A stretch of 64,000 bases of DNA from Gammaproteobacteria bacterium. Lineage in GTDB: Bacteria; Pseudomonadota; Gammaproteobacteria; CAJXQU01. Location: contig CBDEGZ010000003.1 of the NCBI GenBank assembly GCA_965238175.1, positions 2,720,001-2,784,000 on the forward strand, written 5' to 3'. Shown piece after piece: positions 20,155 through 30,130 of this stretch; within the stretch, counting starts at the first letter, position 1, and each line of letters starts with the position of its first letter. The notes below the pieces were generated by a model, which was given only the letters and a program-made list of their open reading frames with translations, ran no database searches and was not told the origin of the DNA. The translations under genes were made by a program, and so were the position numbers.

Positions 20155-20784
20155 TCAACCTTCAGCTTCTAATTCAAATACTTGTATTACTCTCTCTCTA
20201 AACTTATCTAAGTTGAACATGTCTATAAGAAACGTAATATAACCTTGAATATCTTTACCTTTTACATTGAACATAACCTTTGTTTTTAATAATAGGATAT
20301 GATTATTTTCCTCTTCTATACCATCGCTACTTTTGAATATGCTTTTAGTATTACCGTATGCAAATTTAGGTATTTCATTATTGATCTCTTCACCTAACAA
20401 ATCTGCAATACTGCTTAGACAACTAGTCAGAATAATATTACCAACTTCTGTTAGTGCTTCTTGTTCCATCTCAGTCAATACACCAAGTGGCAATTCATCA
20501 CTTATTAGAAGTCGAACCAACTCAAGACTGCCTTCATCAGAAAAAAATATAAAGGCTTCGCCTTCAAAAGCACCCGCAAATTTCTCTCTTACGCCTGTTT
20601 CGGAATTATCTTCTTCACCCGTAAGCGCTCTAGCTGCTGCTTGCCTTTCCAAAACCTCAACATGGGGAATAGACAATTTTATTTCTTGATTAACCATCAG
20701 ACTTAAAGCTGAGGCTGCATGACCAACTCCAATGTTTAAAATCTCTGAAAATGCATCTTTTTCCAAATCAGTTAAAACGACCAT
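20155..20784 (-). CDS. cheC: CheC-family phosphatase
   Basis: Two E-x2-N motifs (SEILNIG, TEVGNII). Confidence 0.8.
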   Translation of the reverse strand: MVVLTDLEKDAFSEILNIGVGHAASALSLMVNQEIKLSIPHVEVLERQAAARALTGEEDNSETGVREKFAGAFEGEAFIFFSDEGSLELVRLLISDELPLGVLTEMEQEALTEVGNIILTSCLSSIADLLGEEINNEIPKFAYGNTKSIFKSSDGIEEENNHILLLKTKVMFNVKGKDIQGYITFLIDMFNLDKFRERVIQVFELEAEG

Positions 20785-20787
20785 GAG

Positions 20788-21141
20788 CTATGCTCCTTTT
20801 TCAAGAAAACGAACAACTTTACCTTCTGTAACTGGTTTTCCTATAAAACCAACGCTCGCAGCTTCTGCTTTAACTCGGGTTGCCTCTTGAACATTAGCCC
20901 TCATCATGGATAGCTTTACATTTGGATATAGTCGTCTTAATTCAATACCTAAAGTTAACCCATCCATACCTGGCATGTTCATATCTAAGGTCGCTATATC
21001 AATATCTATGGATCCACACACCTTAGTGTTTCAATGGCATCTGCAGCTTCAAAAATCTCACAATCAGAACATCTGTTTTGGTAAATGCTGTAAATATCAT
21101 TCGAGACATCCGGCTATCATCAACCAATATTTTTTATTCAT
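20788..21141 (-). pseudogene. Single-domain response regulator with three frameshifts
   Basis: MNKK / ILVDDSRMSRMIF / CSDCEIFEAADAIE / IDIATLDMNMPGMDG..FIGKPV are read in successive shifted frames from ATG 21141. Confidence 0.8.
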
Positions 21142-21144
21142 TTT

Positions 21145-22938
21145 TCAATCGCCTTTCCAAACGTAATCAACTTCGACCACCTTCCCAAAATCTTCGTAAT
21201 CGAGCCTGTCTGTTAGAGACTTAACAAGTTTAATGCCATGTCCATGAACCCGATCATCTTGTTCACATTCCTCCAATAACCCTTGTGTCGTTTCCACATC
21301 AAACCCATCACCATCATGCGATATACGCACCGTTAAAACACCTCCATCCCCAGAAGGTTTATGCTTTATATTGATCGTGATTGTCCCTTCATCTAATGCG
21401 GCAAGTGCTCTATCACGTTCTTTATAATACTTATCAAAACCATTATCAGAATCAGATTTTAATTTTGAATCAATATCCAGTAAACCATGCTCTAACGCAT
21501 TCGTATATAACTCAGTTATTATCAAATAAATAGTCTTTTGACAGTGGTGCAGCCCCTGTATATCAACGATCATACTGACAATTGATGGAACAACATCTGC
21601 ATGTTTAACCAAGTCAGAATCCACCGTAAAATCCATACTCCAGCTTGCCGCAGGTAGCACTGCCTTTTGGGTTGTTTTTTGAGCATTACCAACTGTGGCG
21701 GGGTCACAAATTATTTCCAATAACGAAATATCATCTGTTTGTGGATGCCCACATGAAAATTCTTCAACATCATTTAATATTTTGCTAAATAAATTTTTAG
21801 TTTCTTTTTCACTACGAATAAGATTATCCAATCTCTTCGTACTATAAAATTCGTCGTTGTGATTTTCAGCCTCTATCACCCCATCTGAATAGAGAAAAAA
21901 TTGATCGCCCTGATCAATTTGAAGTGTTTCACTTACAAATTCAATTTCATGGCTATCAACCACTCCCAGTGGTAAATTAGTTGATGGAATATTTTTTACT
22001 TCTCCAGATATATTTTTACAAAGATATATATCAGGAAGCCCGCCATTCCAAACCAAAGCTTTCGAATGATCTATATTCAACTCAACAAAACCAACTGCCA
22101 GAAAACGTCCAATTGGCAAAATTTCTCTTAGTTTACGATTAACTTCAGAAGCAATTTGATTGATAGAAAATCCTTTTATTGCCATGGTTTTAAAAACATC
22201 AAACACCACCATTCCACCAATTGCCGCACCAAGGCCATGTCCGGTGAAATCACCCAATAAATATATCTGTCCACCATCTGGTTTGTGAGCAACAATGATT
22301 AAGTCACCATTAAGCTGTTGCATAGGTGACAAATAATATTTTATGTTTTTAACATCAAAGGCCTCCTCACGCGTAATCTTTGACAGTATACGTTCAGCAA
22401 TATCAAGATCTGCTGCAACCTCTTGCTCCCGAATATGCAATGCACTATTTTGTACTTGCAATTTCTTATAAACGTCACTATTTCGAAGTGATGCCTCAAC
22501 TTTAGCCTTAAGAATAATTGGACTATAGGGCTTTGATATAACATCATCACCACCCACTTCAACACACTTTACTAGTGCATGTTCATCAGTAATTGCTGTA
22601 AGAAAAAAAATAGGTAAATTAGTAGATTGCTGTTCAGACCTTATTATTTTAGTTGCTTCATAGCCGTCCATAACTGGCATCATAACGTCCATTAAGATCA
22701 TGTCTGGTTGTTCTGCTCTGAACATATCAACAGCTTCTTGACCATCATCCGCAACAATAACGTTGTATCCTAACTTCGATAACATTCCTTTTAGTACAAC
22801 CTGATTCGCCGCATTGTCGTCTACAATAAGTAATGTATATTTTTTATTCAGATCAATCTGATCGACAACTGAGTTGTCGCCAGAGACCAACTCAGAAACT
22901 ACATCTTTCTCATATTCAGAAATTGGCAACATTCGCAC
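21145..22938 (-). CDS. REC-PP2C(SpoIIE)-anti-sigma kinase fusion (HsbR-like)
   Basis: REC (LIVDD, LMDVMMP, SKP), PP2C (GDFTGHG, YSDG, TDDIS), HATPase (TELYTNALEHG, HDGDGF, GHGIKLV). Confidence 0.88.
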   Translation of the reverse strand: MRMLPISEYEKDVVSELVSGDNSVVDQIDLNKKYTLLIVDDNAANQVVLKGMLSKLGYNVIVADDGQEAVDMFRAEQPDMILMDVMMPVMDGYEATKIIRSEQQSTNLPIFFLTAITDEHALVKCVEVGGDDVISKPYSPIILKAKVEASLRNSDVYKKLQVQNSALHIREQEVAADLDIAERILSKITREEAFDVKNIKYYLSPMQQLNGDLIIVAHKPDGGQIYLLGDFTGHGLGAAIGGMVVFDVFKTMAIKGFSINQIASEVNRKLREILPIGRFLAVGFVELNIDHSKALVWNGGLPDIYLCKNISGEVKNIPSTNLPLGVVDSHEIEFVSETLQIDQGDQFFLYSDGVIEAENHNDEFYSTKRLDNLIRSEKETKNLFSKILNDVEEFSCGHPQTDDISLLEIICDPATVGNAQKTTQKAVLPAASWSMDFTVDSDLVKHADVVPSIVSMIVDIQGLHHCQKTIYLIITELYTNALEHGLLDIDSKLKSDSDNGFDKYYKERDRALAALDEGTITINIKHKPSGDGGVLTVRISHDGDGFDVETTQGLLEECEQDDRVHGHGIKLVKSLTDRLDYEDFGKVVEVDYVWKGD

Positions 22939-22979
22939 TTACTCAATTAAATTGATTACAGTTTTACTTGAGTCGAGTT

Positions 22980-23282
22980 TTATTCAACCGTCATTAATTT
23001 ATCAAAATTTGCGATCTTTAATATTTCTTTAATATTAGAATCCGCATTTGCAATCGTCACTGATTCCTTTCGACCGCCGGCATGTTCACGTAATTGCAGT
23101 AACATTCCTAATGCTGAGCTATCCATATATGATGCACCTTGCAAATCGACAACATAATTGCACCCTGCTTCATCACCTTTATACACATCGCGAAGATCTT
23201 TATGTATATTGAAATCAAATCGATCCGTGATTTGAATTCTCTTAGTTTTACCATCACCAATAGACTGTGCTGAAATTGACAT
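22980..23282 (-). CDS. STAS anti-anti-sigma factor (HsbA-like)
   Basis: RFDFNIH, YMDSSALGML with phosphorylatable Ser, ILKIANFDKL. Confidence 0.88.
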   Translation of the reverse strand: MSISAQSIGDGKTKRIQITDRFDFNIHKDLRDVYKGDEAGCNYVVDLQGASYMDSSALGMLLQLREHAGGRKESVTIANADSNIKEILKIANFDKLMTVE

Positions 23283-23307
23283 AAGTATTACTCCTTTGTT
23301 TACTTAT

Positions 23308-24510
23308 TTAAAATAGTTCAACGTCACCTTCTGACATCGATTCCTGAGATGCTGGACTACCTGGATGTTCCAAGGATTGTTCAACAAAAATATTTAATTT
23401 GTTCCGAATACTTGCAATTGACTCATCGGAATTTGATTCGGCATATGATTCCACTTCAGATTCAAAATCATTAATAAATTTCTCAATCTCACTCATACGT
23501 CCTTCAGCATGTTCACTAACCTGTCGAACAATATCTTCAAATTGCAAGCTTCTAATTGCAGTAGATGTTCTCTCACCAATACTGTCTGCAAGATCTGTTG
23601 CTTCTTTAACAGAAGACTCCACTGAAGATTCCATTTCTTGCAAACGACCCATCATTTTTTCCACTCGACCTTTACTGGATACGACAACAGTCATATCTTC
23701 TGAAGCTGTTTGGCCGACTAAATCACGGGTTTTATTGATCGCGTATTTTGCAGCAACCATTTTTGTTTTTATCTGATCATTAAACTGATTTGATCTAACT
23801 GATAAATTTCTTACTTCGTCAGCGACAACTGCAAAACCTCGACCAGCCTCGCCCGCACGTGCTGCTTCAATAGCAGCGTTTAATGCTAAAAGGTTAGTCT
23901 GTTCGGCAATTGATTTAACATCAGAAAGTAGGACAAAAATATCATCCACTTGATCTGCCATATCATCAATTCCTGTAACAGTCTTCATACTGTTCAGACT
24001 GCCTGAAACCATAAACTCAACGAAATAATTCATGACCAATGTTGTTTCATCTATAAATTTCTTTATCGTTAAATGATCATCTGATATCTCTTCTTCAACA
24101 TCTTCTTCATGCATGTTATTCAGTAGTGTATGCATCATGTCGCTTTGAGCCTGACTAACATTATGCAAACCGCTAAAGCTATCCGTTAAACGATGTACAG
24201 ACTCTCCAACCAGCTGTCTTATTTGTTGATACGAAGCCTGTTGCTCAGTCATCTCTTTGATCATTTGACGGTTTACATCTCCGACAACAGAGAAAAATTC
24301 AGTGTCACTATTTATTTGTCCTTCCACTGAAGTATTGTCAAGTTTTTCTAGAGAACGTTTTGGTTGCTTTACTGCTGACATCATCCAAACACATGTCATA
24401 ACTACCAACAGCATAATCGTTGTTTGACCTACATTTGACCAGATAGCAAATCCCATACAGAATCCACTCACTAATATTGCGACACGATTATGCTTAAATA
24501 AACGTTTCAC
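23308..24510 (-). CDS. Methyl-accepting chemotaxis protein, McpA-like (no periplasmic sensor)
   Basis: [34 protein letters not shown]; short hydrophobic N-terminus; C-terminus GDVELF. Confidence 0.88.
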   Translation of the reverse strand: MKRLFKHNRVAILVSGFCMGFAIWSNVGQTTIMLLVVMTCVWMMSAVKQPKRSLEKLDNTSVEGQINSDTEFFSVVGDVNRQMIKEMTEQQASYQQIRQLVGESVHRLTDSFSGLHNVSQAQSDMMHTLLNNMHEEDVEEEISDDHLTIKKFIDETTLVMNYFVEFMVSGSLNSMKTVTGIDDMADQVDDIFVLLSDVKSIAEQTNLLALNAAIEAARAGEAGRGFAVVADEVRNLSVRSNQFNDQIKTKMVAAKYAINKTRDLVGQTASEDMTVVVSSKGRVEKMMGRLQEMESSVESSVKEATDLADSIGERTSTAIRSLQFEDIVRQVSEHAEGRMSEIEKFINDFESEVESYAESNSDESIASIRNKLNIFVEQSLEHPGSPASQESMSEGDVELF

Positions 24511-24541
24511 TACTCTTTATCTTTATTCATAATTAGTCTCT

Positions 24542-24568
24542 TTATCGGTAAAACTAACTTTATCTTTA
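24542..24568 (-). promoter_or_regulatory. Sigma-28-type promoter of the mcpA-STAS-hsbR unit
   Basis: TAAAGATA-N11-ACCGATAA, about 30 nt upstream of the GTG start. Confidence 0.8.
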
Positions 24569-24729
24569 AGAATATTATCGTTACCTAACAAAGACAGCCC
24601 ACATGTGGCCAGAAATAGATATTCATGTGAAATACTATTAAATCAAAAGACAGAAATTGAGTTGTAATTTCAGAATCTTATAAAATGGTTACAACAAGAA
24701 AGTTAACAAACCATTTTCTTGAGTACTTA

Positions 24730-24834
24730 GAGATTGTTGATCTTTCACTAATAATAACTAAACCTCACTCCCTCTACCTTGTTGCGACAAAGAAGCGTCC
24801 CAGCAGTTAGTGCGCATGAAAGATCAACAGCTCC
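24730..24834. mobile_element. Short MITE-like element with TGTTGATCTTTCA inverted ends
   Basis: GAGATTGTTGATCTTTCA ... TGAAAGATCAACAGCTCC flanked by TTA at 24727-24729 and 24835-24837. Confidence 0.7.
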
Positions 24835-25944
24835 TTAGGCATCCATGAGATCAAACGCTTGTTCTATAATCCTGCCTGCTACTTTACCAAGAGGTTGAAT
24901 TTCATCAGCAGCACCTAGCTTTACAGCTTCGCCAGGCATACCCCAAACCACACTGGTTTTCTCATCCTGCACAATGGTAGGTGAGCCAATTTCCTGCATT
25001 TCTTTGAGTCCCTGAGCACCGTCATTACCCATACCGGTTAAAATTACGCCAACGGCATTTGCACCAACGTTCTGTGCGATCGCTCGAAACATTACATCAA
25101 CTGAAGGTTTATGACGATTTACAGCTGGTCCATCATTTAGACGACAAATAAAACGCGCACCGCTACGCTCTACCAACAAGTGTTTTCCGCCCGGGGCAAT
25201 ATACACATGACCACGTAAAATCTGCTCTCCATCTTCAGCTTCTTTCACATTGACTGCAGTTAATTGATTCACACGTGCCGCAAAAGGCCCACTGAATGCT
25301 CCAGGAATGTGCTGTGAAATAACGGTTGCAGGTGCATCTGCTGGAAATTCTGCCAGCACCTCTTTCAGTGCTTCTGTGCCTCCAGTAGATGAACCTATGG
25401 CGATAATCTTATCTGTCGTTTTGAAAGGTCTCGTTCTTGCCTGTTTACTGATTATTGCATCTGCAGTTCTTGCCGGACCAACATCTGGTAGATCATCTAA
25501 AGTTACTTTCCGTTTTTTCAGGTTGCTAAGAGGTTGAACTTTTGCCTTAGATGCCATTTTGACTTTTTGAATTAACTCTTCAGAATAACTCTTTATAGTA
25601 TTAGTGAAATCTGTTTTTGGTTTAGTAATAAAGTCAACTGCACCAAGCTCCATAGCATCTAAAGTAACGTCTGCCCCCTGCTCTGTCAGCGTAGAAACCA
25701 TCACCACTGGCATAGGTCTAAGACGCATCAGGTTTCGTAAAAAGGTAATCCCATCCATTTCTGGCATTTCCACATCTAACGTCAAAACATCTGGATTTAG
25801 TAATTTTATTTTATTACGCGCAACTACAGGATCTGAAGCGGTACCAACAACGTCGATATTGCTATCAGAATTCAATATTTCTGTTAGCATATTCCTTACT
25901 AGTGCTGAATCATCTATGACTAAAACTTTTATCTTGCCCATCAC
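24835..25944 (-). CDS. cheB: Chemotaxis methylesterase response regulator
   Basis: REC domain plus [18 protein letters not shown]. Confidence 0.97.
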   Translation of the reverse strand: MMGKIKVLVIDDSALVRNMLTEILNSDSNIDVVGTASDPVVARNKIKLLNPDVLTLDVEMPEMDGITFLRNLMRLRPMPVVMVSTLTEQGADVTLDAMELGAVDFITKPKTDFTNTIKSYSEELIQKVKMASKAKVQPLSNLKKRKVTLDDLPDVGPARTADAIISKQARTRPFKTTDKIIAIGSSTGGTEALKEVLAEFPADAPATVISQHIPGAFSGPFAARVNQLTAVNVKEAEDGEQILRGHVYIAPGGKHLLVERSGARFICRLNDGPAVNRHKPSVDVMFRAIAQNVGANAVGVILTGMGNDGAQGLKEMQEIGSPTIVQDEKTSVVWGMPGEAVKLGAADEIQPLGKVAGRIIEQAFDLMDA

Positions 25945-25972
25945 TCTGATCTCAAATTCTTTTTAAAAACAT

Positions 25973-26623
25973 TTAAAATAATTCTATTTCACCAGCCACT
26001 GGTTCTTCTTCAATAGAGTTTCGATAAGTTGCTTCACGTTCTATAATCGTATTGTTATGAAGACTTTCTAACTTTTTAACTTTTACCTTTCCTGTCATCG
26101 GATCATAAATAACTTTGCGGGGATAGATATCACCAACATCTTCACCAACCACTTCCAGATTTTCCATCTGCAGATATTCTCTAGCAAATGCAATATTTTT
26201 TTTGCCTACATCAGACATGTTTTGAACAATTTGCCCACCGCCAATCAACTTTACCTCAAGATGCTTTCGACTAGCCCCTTCCTTAAGAATATCGTTAATC
26301 ATATGTTCCATTGCGAAGTTACCATAACGTGTTGCTTCACTGTTATTTCCCTTTATCCAGCTGTCACTTCCATCGTCACGACTCATTGGCAACATAAAAT
26401 GGTTCATCCCACCAATACCAAAAAGTTTGCAACGAATACAAGCGGAAATACACGAACCGAGCACCGTTGCAATTACTTCATGGCGCATAGTGACATAATA
26501 TTCACCGGGTAATATTTTTGCTGTCACAACTTGTTGATGCTTATCATAATAACGATTAATTTTTTCAAATCCTGAAAGTGAGGGCTCTATTATGGATTCA
26601 GAATTTACGGCAAAAACTGTCAT
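25973..26623 (-). CDS. cheD: Chemoreceptor glutamine deamidase
   Basis: TVLGSCISAC, GGMNHFMLP, RYGNFAME. Confidence 0.95.
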   Translation of the reverse strand: MTVFAVNSESIIEPSLSGFEKINRYYDKHQQVVTAKILPGEYYVTMRHEVIATVLGSCISACIRCKLFGIGGMNHFMLPMSRDDGSDSWIKGNNSEATRYGNFAMEHMINDILKEGASRKHLEVKLIGGGQIVQNMSDVGKKNIAFAREYLQMENLEVVGEDVGDIYPRKVIYDPMTGKVKVKKLESLHNNTIIEREATYRNSIEEEPVAGEIELF

Positions 26624-26638
26624 TATACTTTCCTTAAA

Positions 26639-27472
26639 CTAAGCGCACTTTTGATAAATCGTGTGTCCCATTAATTTAAAATCCTCTGAAACGTTATGTA
26701 ATGTTTCAGAGTGTCCTATAAACATTTGTCCATGACTTGGTACTACATTTGCAAATTTTTTAAATAAAATTTTCTGTGTTGACTTATCAAAATAAATCAC
26801 CACATTGCGACAAAATAAAACATCAAACGGCCCACTAAACGGCCACTCTTTAAGAAGATTCAGTTGTTTAAAAGAAATCAGTTGTTGTAGTTCAGGAGCA
26901 ACTCGAACATAGCCTGCCTTTGCACCCTTGCCTCGTTTAAACCACTGCTTAATTTGTGCTTTAGATAAACCTTCAATCCTATCCTCACGGTAGACACCTG
27001 TACTAGCTGTGTTTAACACCTCAGAGTCAATATCAGTTGCAAGTATTTTTACATCCCAGGTCTCAATGTCAGAAATAGATTCCATTAAAGTCATTGCAAG
27101 TGAATAAGGTTCTTCTCCAGTTGAGCAACCCGCCGACCAAACACGAATCTTCCTGCTCGAATGATTATGCTGTAACAACCTGGGAATAATTTCTGATTTA
27201 AGATGTTCAAAATGATGTTTCTCTCTGAAAAATGAAGTGAGGTTTGTTGTTACCGCATTAACAAAATTTTCTATTTCCTCAGATCCATCATATTCAACAA
27301 GTTTAAAATACTCATCAAATGATCCGAGCCTTAACTTTCTTAACCTCCTCGCTATCCGCCCATAGATCAATTCTTTTTTCTCATCGGAAATAGTAATACT
27401 TGTATGTTCCAGGATGAGATCTTGGAATTTTTTAAATTGTCTGTCGGTAAACTCGTATTCTCTTTCACTCAT
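26639..27472 (-). CDS. cheR: Chemotaxis methyltransferase
   Basis: TTNLTSFFRE, WSAGCSTGEEPYS, FCRNVVIYF, IGHSE. Confidence 0.97.
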   Translation of the reverse strand: MSEREYEFTDRQFKKFQDLILEHTSITISDEKKELIYGRIARRLRKLRLGSFDEYFKLVEYDGSEEIENFVNAVTTNLTSFFREKHHFEHLKSEIIPRLLQHNHSSRKIRVWSAGCSTGEEPYSLAMTLMESISDIETWDVKILATDIDSEVLNTASTGVYREDRIEGLSKAQIKQWFKRGKGAKAGYVRVAPELQQLISFKQLNLLKEWPFSGPFDVLFCRNVVIYFDKSTQKILFKKFANVVPSHGQMFIGHSETLHNVSEDFKLMGHTIYQKCA

Positions 27473-27525
27473 TTCATATCAAACTCATTAATCACGTTTT
27501 TACAGAAGTCTTTGATCGAAACCAT

Positions 27526-28098
27526 TTAAAATAATTCTATTTCACCAACTTCCTGCTCTGGTTTATCTACTTTATAACTTGTGAGTGCTTCCTCTACTGA
27601 AGCTCCCTTGAACATCATATCGAACATGTCGCGTTCCTCTTTCATTGTGTATCCGCTACGGATCTGTTCCTGCAAAGAAGTCCATTCTAAGGGGTTATAG
27701 ATTCGATTTTGATCACACACCAAGCTCCCGAGTGAACTCAAGTTCTTATTGACATGAGAAAGATTCTGACTCAAACGATCATAAAACTGAAAAGCAATAA
27801 TTGCATTTTGGACGTTGTCAGATAGTGTGGTGCATTTTTGATCAATGGTATTCAATAACTCGTCATTTTCTGACTTCTCAACTTGCCCTATTACATTATG
27901 AATATCACTAATAGCTTGCGCCATTATTGTAAACGAACCAGTAAGTGTAGAAACAGACTCGTCTCCATGCGCCATCGTTCCGCTAAGTTGAGCAACCGCC
28001 AAATTAAGCATTTTCACCGTCTCTCTAATTTGACTCCAGTCGAGATCAGGTGCTGTTGAGTGCGAACCTACATTCGCATTTAATGTTGTTTGGTTCAT
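27526..28098 (-). CDS. Uncharacterised helical protein in the chemosensory cluster
   Basis: Coiled-coil-like, IIAFQFYDRLSQ resembles the C-terminal part of McpA-type receptors; ends GEIELF. Confidence 0.75.
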   Translation of the reverse strand: MNQTTLNANVGSHSTAPDLDWSQIRETVKMLNLAVAQLSGTMAHGDESVSTLTGSFTIMAQAISDIHNVIGQVEKSENDELLNTIDQKCTTLSDNVQNAIIAFQFYDRLSQNLSHVNKNLSSLGSLVCDQNRIYNPLEWTSLQEQIRSGYTMKEERDMFDMMFKGASVEEALTSYKVDKPEQEVGEIELF

Positions 28099-28160
28099 AT
28101 TATTTTCTCTAAATACATATAACTTTTATGTGTATTCCAAATAAATTAAGTTTTAACTTT

Positions 28161-30130
28161 CTACCTAAAACTCTTCCCACTCATCCCCACCTATACTCTG
28201 ACTGGCCGCCGCCACCTTTTTTGCCGGTCTCACCGGTGCCGGTGCAGCTTGTTGCTGTGGTGCAGACTCTTCCCATGGGCGTCCACCTGTACGGCGTTCA
28301 TTCGCACTGCCTTGTTGTTGATTGCCAGTTTCAAAAAAAGCCATCTGACCCAGCAAGTCACGCGCCTGACTATCCATCGTCTGACTCGCCGCCGCCGCTT
28401 GTTCTACCAGGGCCGCATTTTGCTGCGTGCCTTGATCCATTTGCGTCACCGCTTTGTTCACTTGTTCAATACCCGATGACTGTTCTTGTGAGGCTGCTGC
28501 TATCTCAGCAATAATGTCGCTCACTTGTTTTGCAGATTCGGTGATTTCATCCAGCATCGTGCCTGACTCATCCACCAGACGAGAGCCGTCTTCAACTTTC
28601 TGTACACTGTCGTTAATCAGGTTTTTGATTTCTTTCGCCGCACCCGCACTACGTTGTGCCAGGTTGCGTACTTCTGAGGCAACTACCGCAAATCCACGGC
28701 CTTGCTCACCTGCGCGTGCCGCTTCTACCGCTGCATTTAGAGCCAGCAGGTTGGTCTGGAATGCGATTTCGTCGATGACGCCAATGATGTCGGAGATCTT
28801 ACGACTGGAGTCGTTGATTTCTGACATCGCTGAGACTGCTTCACCCACTACTTCCCGGCCTTTTTCCGCTTGCTCTTTGGAGCTAACAGACAATTGATTC
28901 GCCTGACGTGCATTGTCGGCATTTTGTCGGACAGTTCCTGTCAGTTCTTCCATACTAGACGCCGTTTCTTCTAACGAGGATGCTTGTTGTTCTGTGCGGT
29001 TGCTTAGGTCGTTATTACCTTGTGCAATTTCATTTGCTGAGGTCTGGATGTTAGACGCACCTTCGCGGATCTCACTGACCATTTTTAGCAAGTTGGCCAC
29101 GCAACCATTGACGGAGGATTGCAGGGTTTTAAATTCACCACTGTATTCACCTTCCATTTGTTGCGTCAGGTTACCGTCAGCAATGGAGCTCATCACCCGG
29201 GCTGTTTCTGACATGACGTGTTCTAATTCACGGGCCGCATTTTTTTGTTCGGTAATATTGGTCGCGTATTTAACCACTTTAAAGGGCTTGCCATTTGGAT
29301 CAAATATCGGGTTGTAGGATGCTTGTAACCAAAGTTCAGTTCCGCCTTTACCCATCCGTTGGTATTGACCCGCGCTCAGTTGGCCATTGCCAAGGTTTTT
29401 CCAAAACGATTGGTATTCGACGCTGGCACGTTGCTCTGGGTCAACAAACATACTATGGTGTTTGCCGACGATTTCATCCAGGCTATAGCCAATGGTTGAG
29501 CAGAAGTTTTCGTTCGCCGTTAAGATCGTACCGTCCAATTCAAATTCAATCACCGCTTGTGCTTTGCTTATCGCATCAAGCTGGCCTGAGAAGTCGGCTT
29601 TTTCAATCGTTTCTTGGGTAATGTTACTAGCGTATTTGACCACTTTGAAGGGCTTGCCTTCTGGATCAAGTATCGGATTGTAAGACGCTTGTAACCAGAT
29701 CTCGCTACCGTCTTTGGAGATCCGTTTATATTGGCCAGCATCGAATTGACCACTGCCAAGGTTTTTCCAGAATTGCTGATATTCCGCACTGGCACGTTGC
29801 TCTGGGTCAACAAATAGACTGTGGTGTTTGCCGACAATTTCATCGAGACCGTAACCCACTGTGGCGCAGAAGTTTTCGTTCGCCGTTAAGATTGTGCCGT
29901 CCAGTTCAAATTCAATCACCGCTTGCGCTTTGCTGATCGCAGCGAGCTGGCCCTCGTAATCTGCAAGCTTAAGTCGTTCATCTTCCGCTGTTGCTGCGTC
30001 ATTAGTTATTTTGCTATCTTTTGCCATGTGTTTATCCTCTGTCTCTTTATAACGGCGCTACTTCTGTTCTTCTATAGTTAAATCTTTACATTCGAAATTC
30101 GTCTTTAAAGCCCATTAATTCTAGTGTCGC
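28161..30130. repeat. Segmental duplication, copy A (2-PAS receptor plus upstream DNA)
   Basis: Near-identical to 31859-34193 apart from one missing 366-bp unit, a 1-bp indel and scattered SNPs. Confidence 0.95.
28165..30027 (-). CDS. Soluble MCP with 2 PAS domains, HAMP and C-terminal pentapeptide EWEEF
   Basis: Two repeats [17 protein letters not shown]; [30 protein letters not shown]; no TM helix. Confidence 0.93.
   Translation of the reverse strand: MAKDSKITNDAATAEDERLKLADYEGQLAAISKAQAVIEFELDGTILTANENFCATVGYGLDEIVGKHHSLFVDPEQRASAEYQQFWKNLGSGQFDAGQYKRISKDGSEIWLQASYNPILDPEGKPFKVVKYASNITQETIEKADFSGQLDAISKAQAVIEFELDGTILTANENFCSTIGYSLDEIVGKHHSMFVDPEQRASVEYQSFWKNLGNGQLSAGQYQRMGKGGTELWLQASYNPIFDPNGKPFKVVKYATNITEQKNAARELEHVMSETARVMSSIADGNLTQQMEGEYSGEFKTLQSSVNGCVANLLKMVSEIREGASNIQTSANEIAQGNNDLSNRTEQQASSLEETASSMEELTGTVRQNADNARQANQLSVSSKEQAEKGREVVGEAVSAMSEINDSSRKISDIIGVIDEIAFQTNLLALNAAVEAARAGEQGRGFAVVASEVRNLAQRSAGAAKEIKNLINDSVQKVEDGSRLVDESGTMLDEITESAKQVSDIIAEIAAASQEQSSGIEQVNKAVTQMDQGTQQNAALVEQAAAASQTMDSQARDLLGQMAFFETGNQQQGSANERRTGGRPWEESAPQQQAAPAPVRPAKKVAAASQSIGGDEWEEF

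Noticed and set aside
20788-21021. 77-aa ORF as a complete gene
   Set aside because: It is only the last fragment of a frameshifted receiver domain
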